Shown here piece by piece: positions 42,280-56,248 of a stretch of DNA of 64,000 bases. A program made the position numbers and the translations under genes. Each line of letters starts with the position of its first letter. Position 1 is the first letter of the stretch. Where the stretch lies: contig OX597814.1 in the NCBI GenBank assembly GCA_951406725.2, positions 106,330,001-106,394,000 of the forward strand, in the 5' to 3' direction. The notes below the pieces were generated by a model. That model ran no database searches, was not told the origin of the DNA, and worked only from the letters and a program-made list of their open reading frames with translations. This DNA comes from Octopus vulgaris. Its lineage: Eukaryota.

Positions 42280-42475
42280 TGGTGGTGGTGGTGGTGTTGG
42301 TGATGTTGGTGCTGGTGCTGATGTAATAACTGAAACAACCAGTAGTAGCAGTAGTAGTAGTAGTGGCGGCAGCACCAAGTGCAGTGGTGGTGTGGTAGTG
42401 GTGGTGGTAGTGGTGGTGGTAGTGGTGGTGGTAGTGGTGGTGGTAGTGGTGGTGGTAGTGGTGGTGGTAGTGGTG
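42280..42475. repeat. (GGT)/(AGT) tracts and (GGTAGTGGTGGT)n 12-mer array
   Basis: Direct reading. Confidence 0.9.
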
Positions 42476-43364
42476 ATACGGCAGAATGCACAAAACCACC
42501 GCCAGCGTCCATTGAAGGCGAAACAAGTGGAAAGAACAAATGTTCTAATGAGATTGGTGAATGCCCAAACAATCCTGTTGATTGTGATAGATATGATGAT
42601 GATGATGATGATGACGATGACGGAGGTGAATATTGGAGGAGCTAAGAGGGGGAGGGAGAGAGGAGGTGAATGTCAACATGGTAACAATGATTTGTTTCCA
42701 TCTATGTGATTCCATGACAAAGAACAGCAGCCTCAGTTGTGTCAGAAGCTTTATTTCCATCGTCTTCATAAACCCAGAAACATCATGCAAGGAATTGGTT
42801 CTGCCATTCAATAAGCAAAAGAAACCGATTTTATTTTCCATGCAAAGTTGTGACTTCAGGATGTTGATCAGTGTTTAGAAGTAGAGATTTCAATGACTGC
42901 AAAACTAACAAAAGTTCTTCTCAAAGACAAAAACTTAATTTTATTATTAATGCACAAAAACAAAGGCTAACAAATGTTCGGGGAGCGGACGTGTTTGAAA
43001 CATTTAAAACGCTCAACCCAAGGGCAGGGTGATTTCAATGAGGTAAATTATGTTAGCATTCAAGAAATTCCAAGTAAGGCTCCCGCTTCTCAAAGAACCG
43101 GAAATGAAGACAAGCTTGAATAGGAATTCGAGGTGGAATCACATTTATTAACAAATAATCTCGAAACAAAATGGCGAGTGAACAAAAGTATTTGGGTTTT
43201 CTTCGAAGGGGAGTAATGACGGTTTTAAAGGTTTCAGGGCGATTCGCTCGGTGATAGAGATGAAACTAAAGAGAGATCATTTGAAGTTATTAGGTTTACT
43301 GGTAAAATTGGACCCATTTGTGGCGGAGCATCGAAATACTCACACTAAAAAATATTACAGTGTC

Positions 43365-43636
43365 ACGGTAATAACCAGAAAAATCAGATGTTGTTATGCA
43401 TCGACGGTTACAATGCGCTTCGCATTGTTTTAGCCTTCGAACGATGCCGCCCACTGGCTAGGAGGGCAGGCAAATTTTTTTTTGTGATCGGAAGGTTGTT
43501 CTATCGTAGGGTGACCGATTTACAGTTGAGTGGACTATCGCAAAGTGAAATGAAGTGTTTCGATCAAGAAGACCATAAGCCACCCGGTCCGAGAATCGAA
43601 ACCACGACCTAGCGATCGTAGTGCAACACACCAACC
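43365..43636 (-). mobile_element. tRNA-derived SINE, C-type head with the tail of 49330-49640
   Basis: Minus gcctagtggttgg...gtttcgattctc; tail gaaggctaaaacaatgcgaagcgcattgt. Confidence 0.75.
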
Positions 43637-43957
43637 ACTAGGCGGCGGGCCTTTCACTTAAGAGACTTCTCTAAACAACATACATGGTGATCATCTGATT
43701 GGACCCAGCGTTCAGGATTACTGGATTAACTGTACAGCGAAGAAATAAATATAGTTCTTCTCCAAATAGATCTAATACGAACCCAACTTTGATTTGGCAC
43801 CATATTATGTCGTCTGAACAACTGTAAAGATTTGGAACGTTTTGGATATGAAATGTTCCTGTGCGAAACATTTTGTTCTTTATTAAACGAACTTTAAAAG
43901 GAAACCATTATTGTTATATAGTCTCAGACATAGTTATGACAATGCCATCCAGGCAAA

Positions 43958-44346
43958 TCTCTATATAAAGCTGAAGTTGTCTGTGTGTGGCAGGTTTGGT
44001 AGCCTTCAACTAACACTATCTCCTCCGAGACCCTACGGTGCAAGATGACCAAAATTGAGAGTATGATAGAAGAAGGTTTGCTCTTCCTTCCGTAGAAGAT
44101 AAAATTCAAATCGGACTATGTTAACACCAAAAATTATCTAAATCAAAAAGGTGCTTTTTTTCTATGAATATCCCTATTTTTTTACGATTTTTTTACTGCT
44201 GCGTCGCCAGTTTTCGGTGTTTTTCAACTAGAAAAATGTTCACTTAAAGAGAATAACAAGCTACATAATGCAAAATGTTTACTTTTCAAAAATTTCAATT
44301 CTAAAGGGTCGAAACAAACCTGAGCAACGTCGGACGATACTACTAG
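43958..44346 (+). mobile_element. Non-autonomous Helitron-like element
   Basis: 5' A|TC start, subterminal imperfect hairpin cctgagcaacgtcgg (44319-33), 3' CTAG|T end, no TSD. Confidence 0.7.
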
Positions 44347-45074
44347 TACCTCTATAAGCAAGAATTTAAGAGCTGATCAGCATGTTTTGGAATTCTATTT
44401 GATTGAAAGATACGTCGTTGAATGTTGTGAAAAAGTGATGCTTTTTTTAAAAATTGGAACACACATTTTTCGTTTCAAATAAACGGTGAAATCTTCTTTC
44501 TGCTGCTTTATCACATACTTTGGAATTAAGTTTTGAAGCACTTTTAAATAATCAGCTCACATTCATAGTCTTCTGTCCGAGATTTGAACACAGCTTGCGC
44601 ACTGCAAGAATGGTGCACGGATATATTCAAACCTTTTGTGATGTTGAACAAAATGAAAAAGAAACGGAAAAGAAAAAGGAAATTGCAAGTTTGAAGATTT
44701 CAGTGGTTCCAGCACTTTTGATCCATTTGTTGAATCTCAAATATCTTCTCAGAAATTGTAAAGCGGAAATTTTCTTTCCTTTACTGATAGCTTCCTTTTT
44801 TTTGCCCTGTCAGAATGGCAGAAAAGTTATCAAACGGATTCTTTCAGCCGTTTCAGTCGTTTGCTTCTGAAAAGAATTTAAAATAAATCAAATCATGTCA
44901 AGATCTGGAAGAAAAAACTTTGGTGAAAAACTTTTGCGATGGAGTTTAAACTACTTGAAACTTTTCTTCCTTCTCATATTGGCAGCGAACAAAATATTGT
45001 AGTGTCACTTTTACTATTTGTTAACTGCTGACAATATTTTGGAGCCATCATTATCATCATCATCAGCAGCAGCA

Positions 45075-45445
45075 GGAGCGCAATGGCCCAATGTTTAGGG
45101 CAGCGGACTCGCGGTCGGAGGATCGCGGTTTCGATTCCCAGGCCGGGTGTTGTGTGTTTTTATTGAGCGAAAACACCTAAAGCTCCACCAGGCTCCGGCA
45201 GGGGGTGATGGCGACCCCTGTTTTACTCTTTCGCCACAACTTTCTCTCACTCTTTCTTCCTGTTTCTTGTCCCCAACTTTCTACGCAACCGCTGAGCCTG
45301 GATGCGCATTCATCCACCCGTCGATGCTCCCGGTGTCGGGGGTTGACCTGCTTTCTTTTCTGCGGGTCTTACGAATAGCAAAGGACCACGTTTCGGACTT
45401 CTTCCATCTTGCGAGCTCTCGGACGAAGACCGTTCGCTCAACAGC
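45075..45445 (+). mobile_element. tRNA-derived SINE family D, tail type 1 ending in (CAA/CAG)n
   Basis: First ~185 bp match the 49330 copy up to ctcactctttctt. Confidence 0.8.
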
Positions 45446-45479
45446 AACAGCAACAGCAGCAGCAGCAATAGCAGCATCG

Positions 45480-45840
45480 TTATCATCATCCTTATCATCA
45501 TCATTTAGCATCCGTCTTCCATACTGGCACGAGTTGGACGGTTTGACAAGAGCTGGAAAACCAGACGACAGTGCTAAGGTCTAATGTCTGCTTTGGTTTG
45601 GTTTCCATGACTGGATTCCCTTCCTAACTTCGTACATTCAACAGAAGTGTACCGAGTGCTTTTTGCATGGCATCAGCACCAGCGAGATCACCAGGTAATC
45701 TGCATGACAAAGATCCCTCACCTGACAGGGGTAGTGGTATTGAGTGGGGTGACTTTGTGCCAGGTGATGTGAGATGGAACTATGAGAGGGGAACAGAAAC
45801 AAGTATGTCGCTGTAGAGGAGATACATGGCTATACAAGCC
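45480..45840 (-). mobile_element. Decayed retroposon with a (GAT)n tail (RTE-tail-like)
   Basis: (ATC)n followed by tttagcatccgtcttccatactggcacgagttggacgg; family recognised from memory only. Confidence 0.45.
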
Positions 45841-45842
45841 AC

Positions 45843-46283
45843 AGAGAGAGAGCAAGAGAGAGAGGGGGACAGAGAGTGAGAGAGAGCGAGGGAGAGAGAG
45901 CGAGGGAGAGAGAGCGAGAGAGAGCGAGAGAGAGAGAGGGACAGAGAGTGAGAGAGAGCGAGAGAGAGAGCGAGAGAGAGGGAGAGCGAGAGAGAGAGGG
46001 AGGGAGAGAGCGAGAGAGAGAGCGCGAGAGAGAGCGAGAGAGAACGAGAGAGAACGAGAGAAAGAGCGAGAGAGACCGAGAGAGAGTGAGAGAGAGAGAG
46101 CGTGAGAGAGAGAGCGTGAGAGAGAGAGCGTGAGAGAGAGAGCGTGAGAGAGAGCGATGAGAGAGAGTGAGAGAGAGCGGGAAAGAGCGAGAGAGAGAGA
46201 GAGAGAGAGAGTGAGAGAGAGCGAAAGAGGGAGAGAATGAGAGAGAGCGAGCGAGAGAAAGTGAGAGAGAGCGAAAAAGAGAG
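45843..46283. repeat. GA-rich imperfect (GA)n polypurine tract
   Basis: Direct reading. Confidence 0.95.
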
Positions 46284-46629
46284 ATGGTGACGATGTGCTA
46301 AGGTGCACCCTCAAGGTACAAGAAGATGAATGCAAGTGGAGTGGTAGATGATTGGACAGGGTGCATGAGCAAAGGGAGAGTGAGGAGGGAGAGGGAAATG
46401 CAGTGGGTGATGAAATGTAGGTATATAGGGGGAGCGACAGTATTTTAATGATTCAGTTGGTAGAGCAAGGAGAAGCGAGAGAGATGATGGAGTGGTGTTG
46501 GGTAGCTGGAGTGAGACAGGAGAGACAAGCATATTGCATGAAGAGATGTAGTGTGGTGGGGGTGAATTAATGTTATGTATGGGTGGGATACGCAGCGCTT
46601 CAAAATCACTCGCCCTTCCTTCAAGTACA

Positions 46630-46980
46630 CTCGCCCTTGCTGAGATGAATGGATTTTCTCAAGAATCTCATATTGCCAGAAGTCTTGGTTCGTTGTCATC
46701 TCCTCCATGAGCCCAACATGTTGAGATCAGCCCTCAGTATTTTATCACATTTCCAACTGGGTCTCCCTCTTCCGGAAGCCACATCAACTTTAAGCCATTG
46801 GCACTTCTTTATACACCTGTCTTCATTCATATGCAGCACATGGCCAAACCATTTTAGTCTTCTCTCTTACAAGCTGCATCTAATTCCTCTTATGCGCAGT
46901 AATTTTGCAGTGTCATATAATGCACACTGATGTTGCACATCCACCGGAGAATACTTGCTTTATTCCTCTCCAGTCCTCAC
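46630..46980 (-). mobile_element. RTE-clade LINE C-terminal remnant
   Basis: Minus: LERNKASILRWMCNISV...ERRLKWFGHVLHMNEDRCIKKC...GRGRP...DL. Confidence 0.8.
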
Positions 46981-47073
46981 ATACAACGTATACGGAACGA
47001 ATATATATATCATTGTTTGGATTGCTATGTTCTGCCTAAACTTTATGAACAACTAAAACTATTTTGTTCTGTA

Positions 47074-47420
47074 TTTTAGAGACGAGCAATTCTGTACATT
47101 ATTTACGTTGGACGGATATGTGCCCTGTTCTTGTTTGTTGATACTACAACGCTCTGGCTGTTAGCCAGCATATAGCGTAATAGTTACGAGCGCGGGCTAC
47201 TAACCCCAAGATTGTGAGTTCAATTCCAAGCAGTACCTTGAATAAATAATAATGATAATAAAAATAACATCAGCAAAAAATACCTTAGGAATGAGAACCC
47301 GGGGTTCGGTTCAAGATTCTACCAGGACACCTGATGAAGGCTGGAGAGTATATCAGCTAAAACGTTGTGGTAATAACAAACAAGATTAGAACAAATATCC
47401 GTCCAATGTAAATATTGTAA
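47074..47420 (+). mobile_element. tRNA-headed element with HHR tail (47169-47420) preceded by an inverted partial copy (47074-47160)
   Basis: A box tagcgtaatagt, ggg-ctactaa-ccc arm, B box agttcaattcc; cac-CTGATGA-a-ggctg-[10]-cagct-AAAA-cg-TT-gtg at 47328-47369. Confidence 0.75.
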
Positions 47421-47534
47421 ATAAAATTATATTGCTTTAGTAATTATGTTTCAATGATCAACTTGTCTTCGCGTAGTGACAAAATTGGAATCCAATTCTG
47501 TATTTGCGAGGTAAGATATTTACGCTAGTCTAGG

Positions 47535-47679
47535 CTGGTGTCCTCATCTTGATTGTTGCTTTCACTATATTTCGGCTGCTGTATGTCCCCATACAACAAA
47601 CTTGATCGGTACCTGAAGAAGGCTGGAGTGTATAATAGCCACAACATCGTGAAAGCAACAATCAAGACAAGGACACCAG
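47535..47679. repeat. Related HHR-tail fold-back (arms 47535-47578 and 47636-47679)
   Basis: CTGAAGA-a-ggctg...tagcc at 47613-47640; the left arm retains cagccGAAA on the minus strand. Confidence 0.75.
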
Positions 47680-47984
47680 TGGATAGAGTATGCATAAAAT
47701 TAGAATATTCTTTCTTTATAGACTTTTATCATTTTCTGATTACAAGACTCATACAGTTATCTCCCCCTTTTCACTTATTACTCGAGGATGAGTATTACTT
47801 ATTACTCGATCCCGTGTACAGATCTCAGTATTCATACGAAATCATCAAACAACAAGAGTGAAAAGAATTCAGTGCCGTCTTCTTGATTGTTAAGTGTTGG
47901 ACATAATTTTACGAAATTAATGCACAGCTACTACGCGGTCAGTTTTCGATTTTTCAAAGTATTTTTGTACACCATCTGATGTAC

Positions 47985-48015
<31 letters not shown>

Positions 48016-48163
48016 TGTATGTATGTATGTATGTATGTATGTATGTATGTATGTATGTATGTGTGTGTATATATGTATGTATGTATGTATTTATGTGTGT
48101 GTATGTATGTGTGTATGTATGTATGTGTGTGTATGTATGTATGTGTGTGTGTATGTATATGTG

Positions 48164-48196
<33 letters not shown>

Positions 48197-48400
48197 GTGT
48201 ATGTATGTATGTACGTACGTATGTATGTATGTATGCATGTATGTATGTATGTATGTGTGTGTATGTATGTATGTATGTGTATGTATGTGTATGTAAGTAT
48301 GTATGCATGTGTGTATGTATGTATGTATGTATGTATGTACGTATGTATGTATATATGTATGTGTGTATGTGTGCGTATGTATATGTGTATGTATGTATGT
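47985..48400. repeat. (TATG)n/(TG) expanded tract
   Basis: Direct reading; contiguous with the R4-like 3' UTR. Confidence 0.95.
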
Positions 48401-48730
48401 GCAGATTTGTATATTTTATGCATGTATTTTCATGTATATAGTTACATACCTAGACTTGCTCATATATATTTACATGATAAACTTCTGGAAAGTTTTACAT
48501 ATTTTTACAGTTCCAGTGATGGATTGGATTTGTAGTCTTCGAATTAGCTTTCTCGTTTCTGATTTTGAGAAGCCTAATTTCTCAAGATTCGTACTTAGGC
48601 AGTGTATTGCACATCTCAGGACCCTAATAATTACAGGTATAAACCTGAACTTGTAATCTAGACAGAGTAACTGCAGATTTCAGCATAGGTCTTCTCTTTT
48701 TCACTGATCTTCAGCTATATGTTAACATAC
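48400..48730 (-). mobile_element. R4/Dong-like 3' fragment
   Basis: Minus ...FRFIPVIIR...KICKTFQKFIM*, homologous to 4290-4580 and 15819-16121. Confidence 0.75.
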
Positions 48731-48738
48731 ATAGATAC

Positions 48739-48794
<56 letters not shown>

Positions 48795-48821
48795 GCATAT
48801 ATGTACGTACGTAGTTGTCTA

Positions 48822-48853
<32 letters not shown>

Positions 48854-49256
48854 CTCGTATATAGGTATGACGCGCACATACACACTCATACATAAAGACA
48901 TTTATCCCATTGTAGCAACAAGCAGCGCATAGTTGTATGACATTGATCAGTTTGAATAAATATTAAATAATGGGGCCGCTGTCATCAAATAAGATGAAGG
49001 AATCATAGTTCCGCTCGCATACAACAGAGACCTCGCCTCCACTATACCAACAAAGAGGATTCTTTAAAATGTGCTTTCTGTAGGTCTAAAATTATGCCAG
49101 TTCGTCTTCGCACATGCGCTGAAAAACCCAAAAGAAAGCCTTACTAACACTAAATCTTTTATTAGAGGTGTGTGTTTTTGTGCGTATATTAATATGTGTG
49201 TAAACAAGTATGTATGTATGTATGTATGTATGTATGTATGTATGTATGTATGTATG

Positions 49257-49329
<73 letters not shown>

Positions 49330-49331
<2 letters not shown>

Positions 49332-49634
49332 AGGCGCAATGGTCCAGTGGTTAGGGTAGCGGACACGCGGTGGTAGGATCGCGGTTTCGATTCCAGACCG
49401 GGCGTTGTGAGTGTTTATTGAGCGAAAACACCTAAAGCTCCACGAGCCTCCGGCAGGGGGTGGTGGCAATCCTTGTTGTACTCTTTCGCCACAACTTTCT
49501 CTCACTCTTTCTTATGTTGGCCTGCTCGCTTAGCCAGCGGGGTGGCGTCATTTGAAGGCTAAAACAATGCGAAGCGCATTGTGACCAGCGGTGTATAGCA
49601 ACATCTGATAGCCTTGTCGGTCACGGTGATCGCG

Positions 49635-49640
<6 letters not shown>
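49330..49640 (+). mobile_element. tRNA-derived SINE family D, tail type 2, between (TG)n and (TA)n
   Basis: A box tggtccagtgg, B box gtttcgattcc. Confidence 0.82.
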
Positions 49641-50101
<461 letters not shown>

Positions 50102-51237
50102 TTATATATGCGTGTTTGTGTGTGTGTGTGTGCGTGCGTGTATGTGCATCTCCCTCCTTCTCTTTCTCTCTCTCTCTCTCTCTTTATGTGCCACAATGTG
50201 GCATGCATGTAATCCGTGCTTGTTGGAAACTAGTGTTTCATAATTGTGTTTAGTTGGCTTCTTCGATGTCATTGGTCAGCGAAAGTAACGTTGACCATCA
50301 GCCACTAACGACCAGTGTCATGAACCTTCTGACGTTGGGGGATTCCTTCTCATCTCTCCAATCAGAAACACAATGGAACTCAGCTAAACTAACATTTCCT
50401 CATCGAAACAAACACGAAAGCAAATTAACGAGACAATGATCATGCCGCTATTTCGTTGCCAGATTCGCTAGAAATAGCAATCAGATTTACCTCAAACACA
50501 GCTTAGCTCCATAAAAAAGGACATTTTAGACATATGTTCATCTGAAGTGTATAACTGGCTTTAGAAAAAGCATGATGGTCATGGCTAGAACGCCTTCCAT
50601 CTTGGCTTGTATGTTTATTCATGACGGATCTGTCCAAACCTAATAAAATAGCAGCAAACCACAATTAAAATAAAGTTTAATTCAACCCATAAAATAAATG
50701 GGAAATTAAGTACCAGTAATATATTGGTATGAACTCATTAAACTTGACAAAGATGACTTGTATTACAGGATCCCCGTTCTCGGTAAACTAATCGATATTC
50801 ATAGAAACTGTGGCCAGTGTGTAGCAATTTGTGACCCGGATTAAATGCCTAATTGAGATGATTTCATTTCGTTTACACTTTTATACCTTTGGGAAAGGGT
50901 ACCGCTCGCAACTTCCTATTTCCATTACCCGTAAAAATATGGAACAGAATTCTCAGGCCTAATCAAAGCATCTCAATATTCATTGGAAACGGCTGTCGGC
51001 GGCAAAAAAAAAGTTATCTTTACGGGAATTTCAATCCGGTTCGTCTCCACGAGGATATTAGCATTTTAAGAGAGCAACTTGCATTTAGGACGTTGATTAG
51101 CATTTTTTGATGATGGTCCACTATCTCTCGGGAGAGAGAATTTAAAATGTTTCTAAACAGTTTTATAAAAATAAATAAATTCAACAGAATGCTATTAAAG
51201 CAAATAACAACTAAACAACTTTAAAAATAATAATGAC

Positions 51238-51328
<91 letters not shown>

Positions 51329-52175
51329 TCAGTTTTTGCTGGTTTTATCTTGGTGAAAGAGTGTTTTCATAAAACGTTATAATTATTTTATCATTAGCTT
51401 TATCACTAACAACTGTGACAATAATTCTTCCTTCAAAACCACCATTTACAGAATCAATAACACAGCACTGTCTGTAACTCTTTTTTTTTCGGGAAGAACG
51501 TTATTAATAATAAAAAAAATTAGTAAAAGAATGCCCGAAGGATGAGCAACAGTTTAAAAACCAACAGCAGCGAAAGCAGCCATATTTTCAGCTTCACTGT
51601 TAACAACATTGGCTACAAGATGTATATAAATATTTTTAAAGTGAAGGTTCGTGAATGAGAGAACGGATCCTAGAAGTACTCTATTTGGAAAATAACATAT
51701 ACTATGTACGTTTGTCGAATTTCCGGGACAGGATTTCCTTTTGTGCATAAAGAGATAAAGTAGATTAGAGAAGGAAGTTTTGTTGCCGTCGATGGCATCC
51801 AGGGCGGCGCACGTGAGTGTGTTTGCTTCTTCGAGTCAGGATAGTTTTTCTTGCTCAACATCATAATTTTGTGTAGAGAACGATGTTATAAGACATCTTA
51901 TAACAGAAATATTGTATTCGATATGCGTAGTGGGAGGCCAAAATATTCTTGTACGTCGATGATATTGTAATCAGATCCAAATATCAACCGCCACTTGCAG
52001 TTGGACATTTTCATTAACCCCGTATCAAGTTACATAGAAAAATACCCAAACACACCGAGAGTAGATCCTACCAAATCCATTTTACTTCAGAAAACTTGAT
52101 ATACAACGAAGCATCGTACTCAACTATACGTACACGCGCGCGCGTGCACACACACACACACACACACACATATAC

Positions 52176-52655
52176 ATTCTTTTACTTGTTTCAGTCATTT
52201 GACTGCGGCCATACTGGAGCACCGTCTTTAATCGAGCAAATCGACCTGAGGACTTATTCTTTGTAAGCCTTTGTACTTATTCTGTCGGTCGCTTTTGCCG
52301 AAACGCTAGGCTATGCAGGACATAAACACACTAACATCGGTTGTCAAGCAACGGTAGTGGGGTGGCAAACACAGAAACACAAACATATACATGTGTGTGT
52401 GTGTGAAGGGGTATGGCTCAGTGGTTAGAGCGCCGAGGTTGTGAGCGCGAATCGCGGACTGGGCTGCGTGTTGTGTTCTTCAGCAAAACACTTTATTTCA
52501 CGTTGCCCCAGTTCACTCAGCTGTAGAAATGAGTTGCGACGTCACAAGTGCCAAGCTATATCGGCCCCTTTGCCTATGCATGATCGACTGTTGGTCTTCC
52601 ATAAAAAACCTTGTGCAATCCCATGGTCTGTGTCGTGACCGAAGGGGGGTCTCAG

Positions 52656-52694
<39 letters not shown>

Positions 52695-53108
52695 CATGTT
52701 AGTGTTAGTGGACCCCCTTCGGTCATGAATGACCATGGGATTGCACCTAGAAAGGTACCCTCCTAGACACAAGTCCGGGCACGGTTGTTTATGGAAGACC
52801 AGCAGTCGCCCATGCATACCAGCCTCCCCTCTCCACGCCACCAGTGTTATCCAAGGGAAAGACAAAGGTCGATACAGCTTGGCACCAGTGACGTCGCAAC
52901 TCATTTCTACAGCTGAGTGAACTGGAGCAACGTGAAATAAAGTGCCACGACGGGCTTCTTTCCTTTTCCGTCTTCCAAATCCACTCACAAGGCTTTGACC
53001 GGCCCAAGGTTACAATTGAAGATATTTGTCCAAGGAGCCACGCAGTGGGACTGAACCCAGAACCATGTGGTTGGGAAGCAAGACTATTAACACATAACCA
53101 CTCCTGTG

Positions 53109-53110
<2 letters not shown>
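52176..53110 (-). mobile_element. SINE family A split by two opposed family C copies (52405-52655 +, 52710-52946 -)
   Basis: A tail 52176-52400, A head 52947-53110; the C tails converge on (TA)n at 52659-52692. Confidence 0.85.
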
Positions 53111-53530
<420 letters not shown>

Positions 53531-53869
53531 TTAGCTACTGGGGATTAATGAACCTAAACCAGAATTGTGGTTCTGGTTTATAAAGCTCTACTTGGAATTA
53601 CCTCCCTTCGACATTTTCAGTATCGTCCTTCTCCACTTTCTTTTACATTGACCACCACTTACACGCCATCGGTTGTCTCCCTCTCTTCCTTGAACTACAT
53701 CCTATTGACATCTAGACTTATTCTAAGCAACCACTCGTATCTACTCTCCCACTTTTGTTCGCCACTCCCTATATTCAATCTGATGTACCTCTAATCGCCT
53801 CCATCTCTCACTATGCCTCTTTCTTTTTCTCCTTCTCTGTCTCTCCTCTCTAGTAGTTATAGTAGTAGT

Positions 53870-53955
<86 letters not shown>

Positions 53956-54485
53956 CAGTAGTAGTAGTCATCTGTCTGTTTGTGCACCCCCCTCCTCGTT
54001 CTTTCTCTCTCTCAAGTTTTATTCTTCTGCTCTGCACCCTTTCTATTGCTGTCGTCCTGATACGAGGGTGTATCCTGGTCGCCATCTAAATTCTAGCACG
54101 GCTCATCCGTTTCTAGTCTGAGAGGAACAGAGTGTGAGAGACAGAGAAGAAGAAGAGAGAGAGAGAGAAGAAAGAGAGAGAGAGAGAGAGAGAAGAGAGA
54201 GAGAGGGAAACAGAGACAGACAGACAGACCGATTAGATTCGATCTCAGTATTGTATTGCTGCTTTACTGAACCCGAAAAGATGAAAGCAGAGAGACAGCA
54301 GGAAGGTTTGAACTCAGACCACAGAGAACCGGAGCAGCAACATGTTCCATGCGATGTCCTAATGACTCTGCGAATTTATTTTAGCCCCCATACCCAGCCG
54401 CACACACACACACACACACACATTCTCTCTTTCAATTTGTTCCCTCTTTCTCTTTTCATGTTCTACCCTTTTGACCCTCTAAACT

Positions 54486-54520
<35 letters not shown>

Positions 54521-54991
54521 CTTCTTCTCTCACTCATCCTCTCTCAATCATTCTCTCTCTCATCCTCTCTCAATCATTCTCTCTCTCACACACATAAGGA
54601 CACTCTTGCGTCCCCCCTTCTCTCTTCCTCCCTCTCTGTCTTTCTTGCTTTTTCCTATCACACTCCTTCGCCCCACTCCCTCTTACTAACATACACACAC
54701 AGACGCCCTTTCTTTCTCTCTCTCTCTCTCTCTCTCTCCCACCTTCTCTCCCCCTATTCATGGATATTTATGACCATGGGAGCAGATGATCTGCATTCCT
54801 ATAATTATGCGCTGGTATTAAATAATTGTGTGATTGTATTACATAATTAGACTATTGATGGAGACAACACCACCTTTCCCCCACTTGCTATACACACACA
54901 CTGATATACATATATATACGCGTGTGCATATATACATACATATGTGTATACATATATACATATATATGTATATATATTTTTGTGTATATAT

Positions 54992-55045
<54 letters not shown>

Positions 55046-55677
55046 GTATATATCTATATACATATATTTGTTTATATATGTGTGCTTGTCTGTGTGTATA
55101 TATACATACATACATACGTTTGTCTGTGTTAAAGTACGAGCGAGCTGCTGTACATGTGTGAAATTGCACGACGGAATATGTGTCCGTTTTGTGTGTCTAA
55201 CTGTGTGTGTATAGTTGTGGATGTATTCATAAGTATGTGCATTTATGCGCATGTCTGTGAGCGCGTATGTGCGCATGCGTGTGCGTGTATGGGTGAGAGT
55301 AGGGTTGTTTGTTGTTTACGACTAACGGTGAGTTATGAATGCTTGAAAACTAAACTCCGTGTTGAATAATGTTAATTGTTATACGAAATGAAGGCTGATC
55401 GGATTGAAGTTGTAATGGAGGGTCATTAAAGGCGCGCGGTGTGGTGGGTAGAGAGTTGCCGGAAAGTGTGGATAGTTGGATGGATGACTGACTGAGTAGA
55501 TAGATAAATAGATAGAGAGAGAGGGGGAGAAAGATAGGAACAAACAAAGAAGGGAAGATAGATATACAGATATAGAGACAGACAGACAGACATGCAGAGA
55601 GAAACATAGATCGATAGAGACAGACAGACAGACAGACGGACGGAGAAACAGACAGACAAACATAGATAGACAGATTG

Positions 55678-55711
<34 letters not shown>

Positions 55712-55727
55712 ACAGACAGAGAGACAG

Positions 55728-55777
<50 letters not shown>

Positions 55778-55809
55778 GGAGAGAGAGAGAGAGAGAGAGA
55801 CAGAGAGAC

Positions 55810-55870
<61 letters not shown>

Positions 55871-56248
55871 AACAGACAGACAGGCAGACAGACGGACGTG
55901 CGGACGGACGGAGAGAGAGACAGACGAAAAACAGGAGCCATTTGATAAAAGATAGAACTCAATATACACATAAATGTGAAACAAAATGCTTAATCAGAAA
56001 TATCTATTTAAAAACTTCAATGTTTTGCTTATGAAAGAGCGTACGTGGTTTGAAACATAGCGCATGCGCGAAGTACTTTGCGCGGCAGCAGCAGCAGCAA
56101 GAGGGATGGAAGGTGATGAAAATAATCTGAAACTCAAGTTTAGAAAAGGCATTATGCATCCCTACTTAGAAGTGGATGTTGTCTTGGAACACAGAATACT
56201 GCATTATTTCCTACGAGAGGACTTCTCATGTGGATTTATAGTACATAT

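Noticed and set aside
42379-42645. (GGGS)n linker-like ORF suggesting a synthetic or structural protein
   Set aside because: It is a 12-bp GGT/AGT tandem repeat with upstream in-frame stops and no ATG start.
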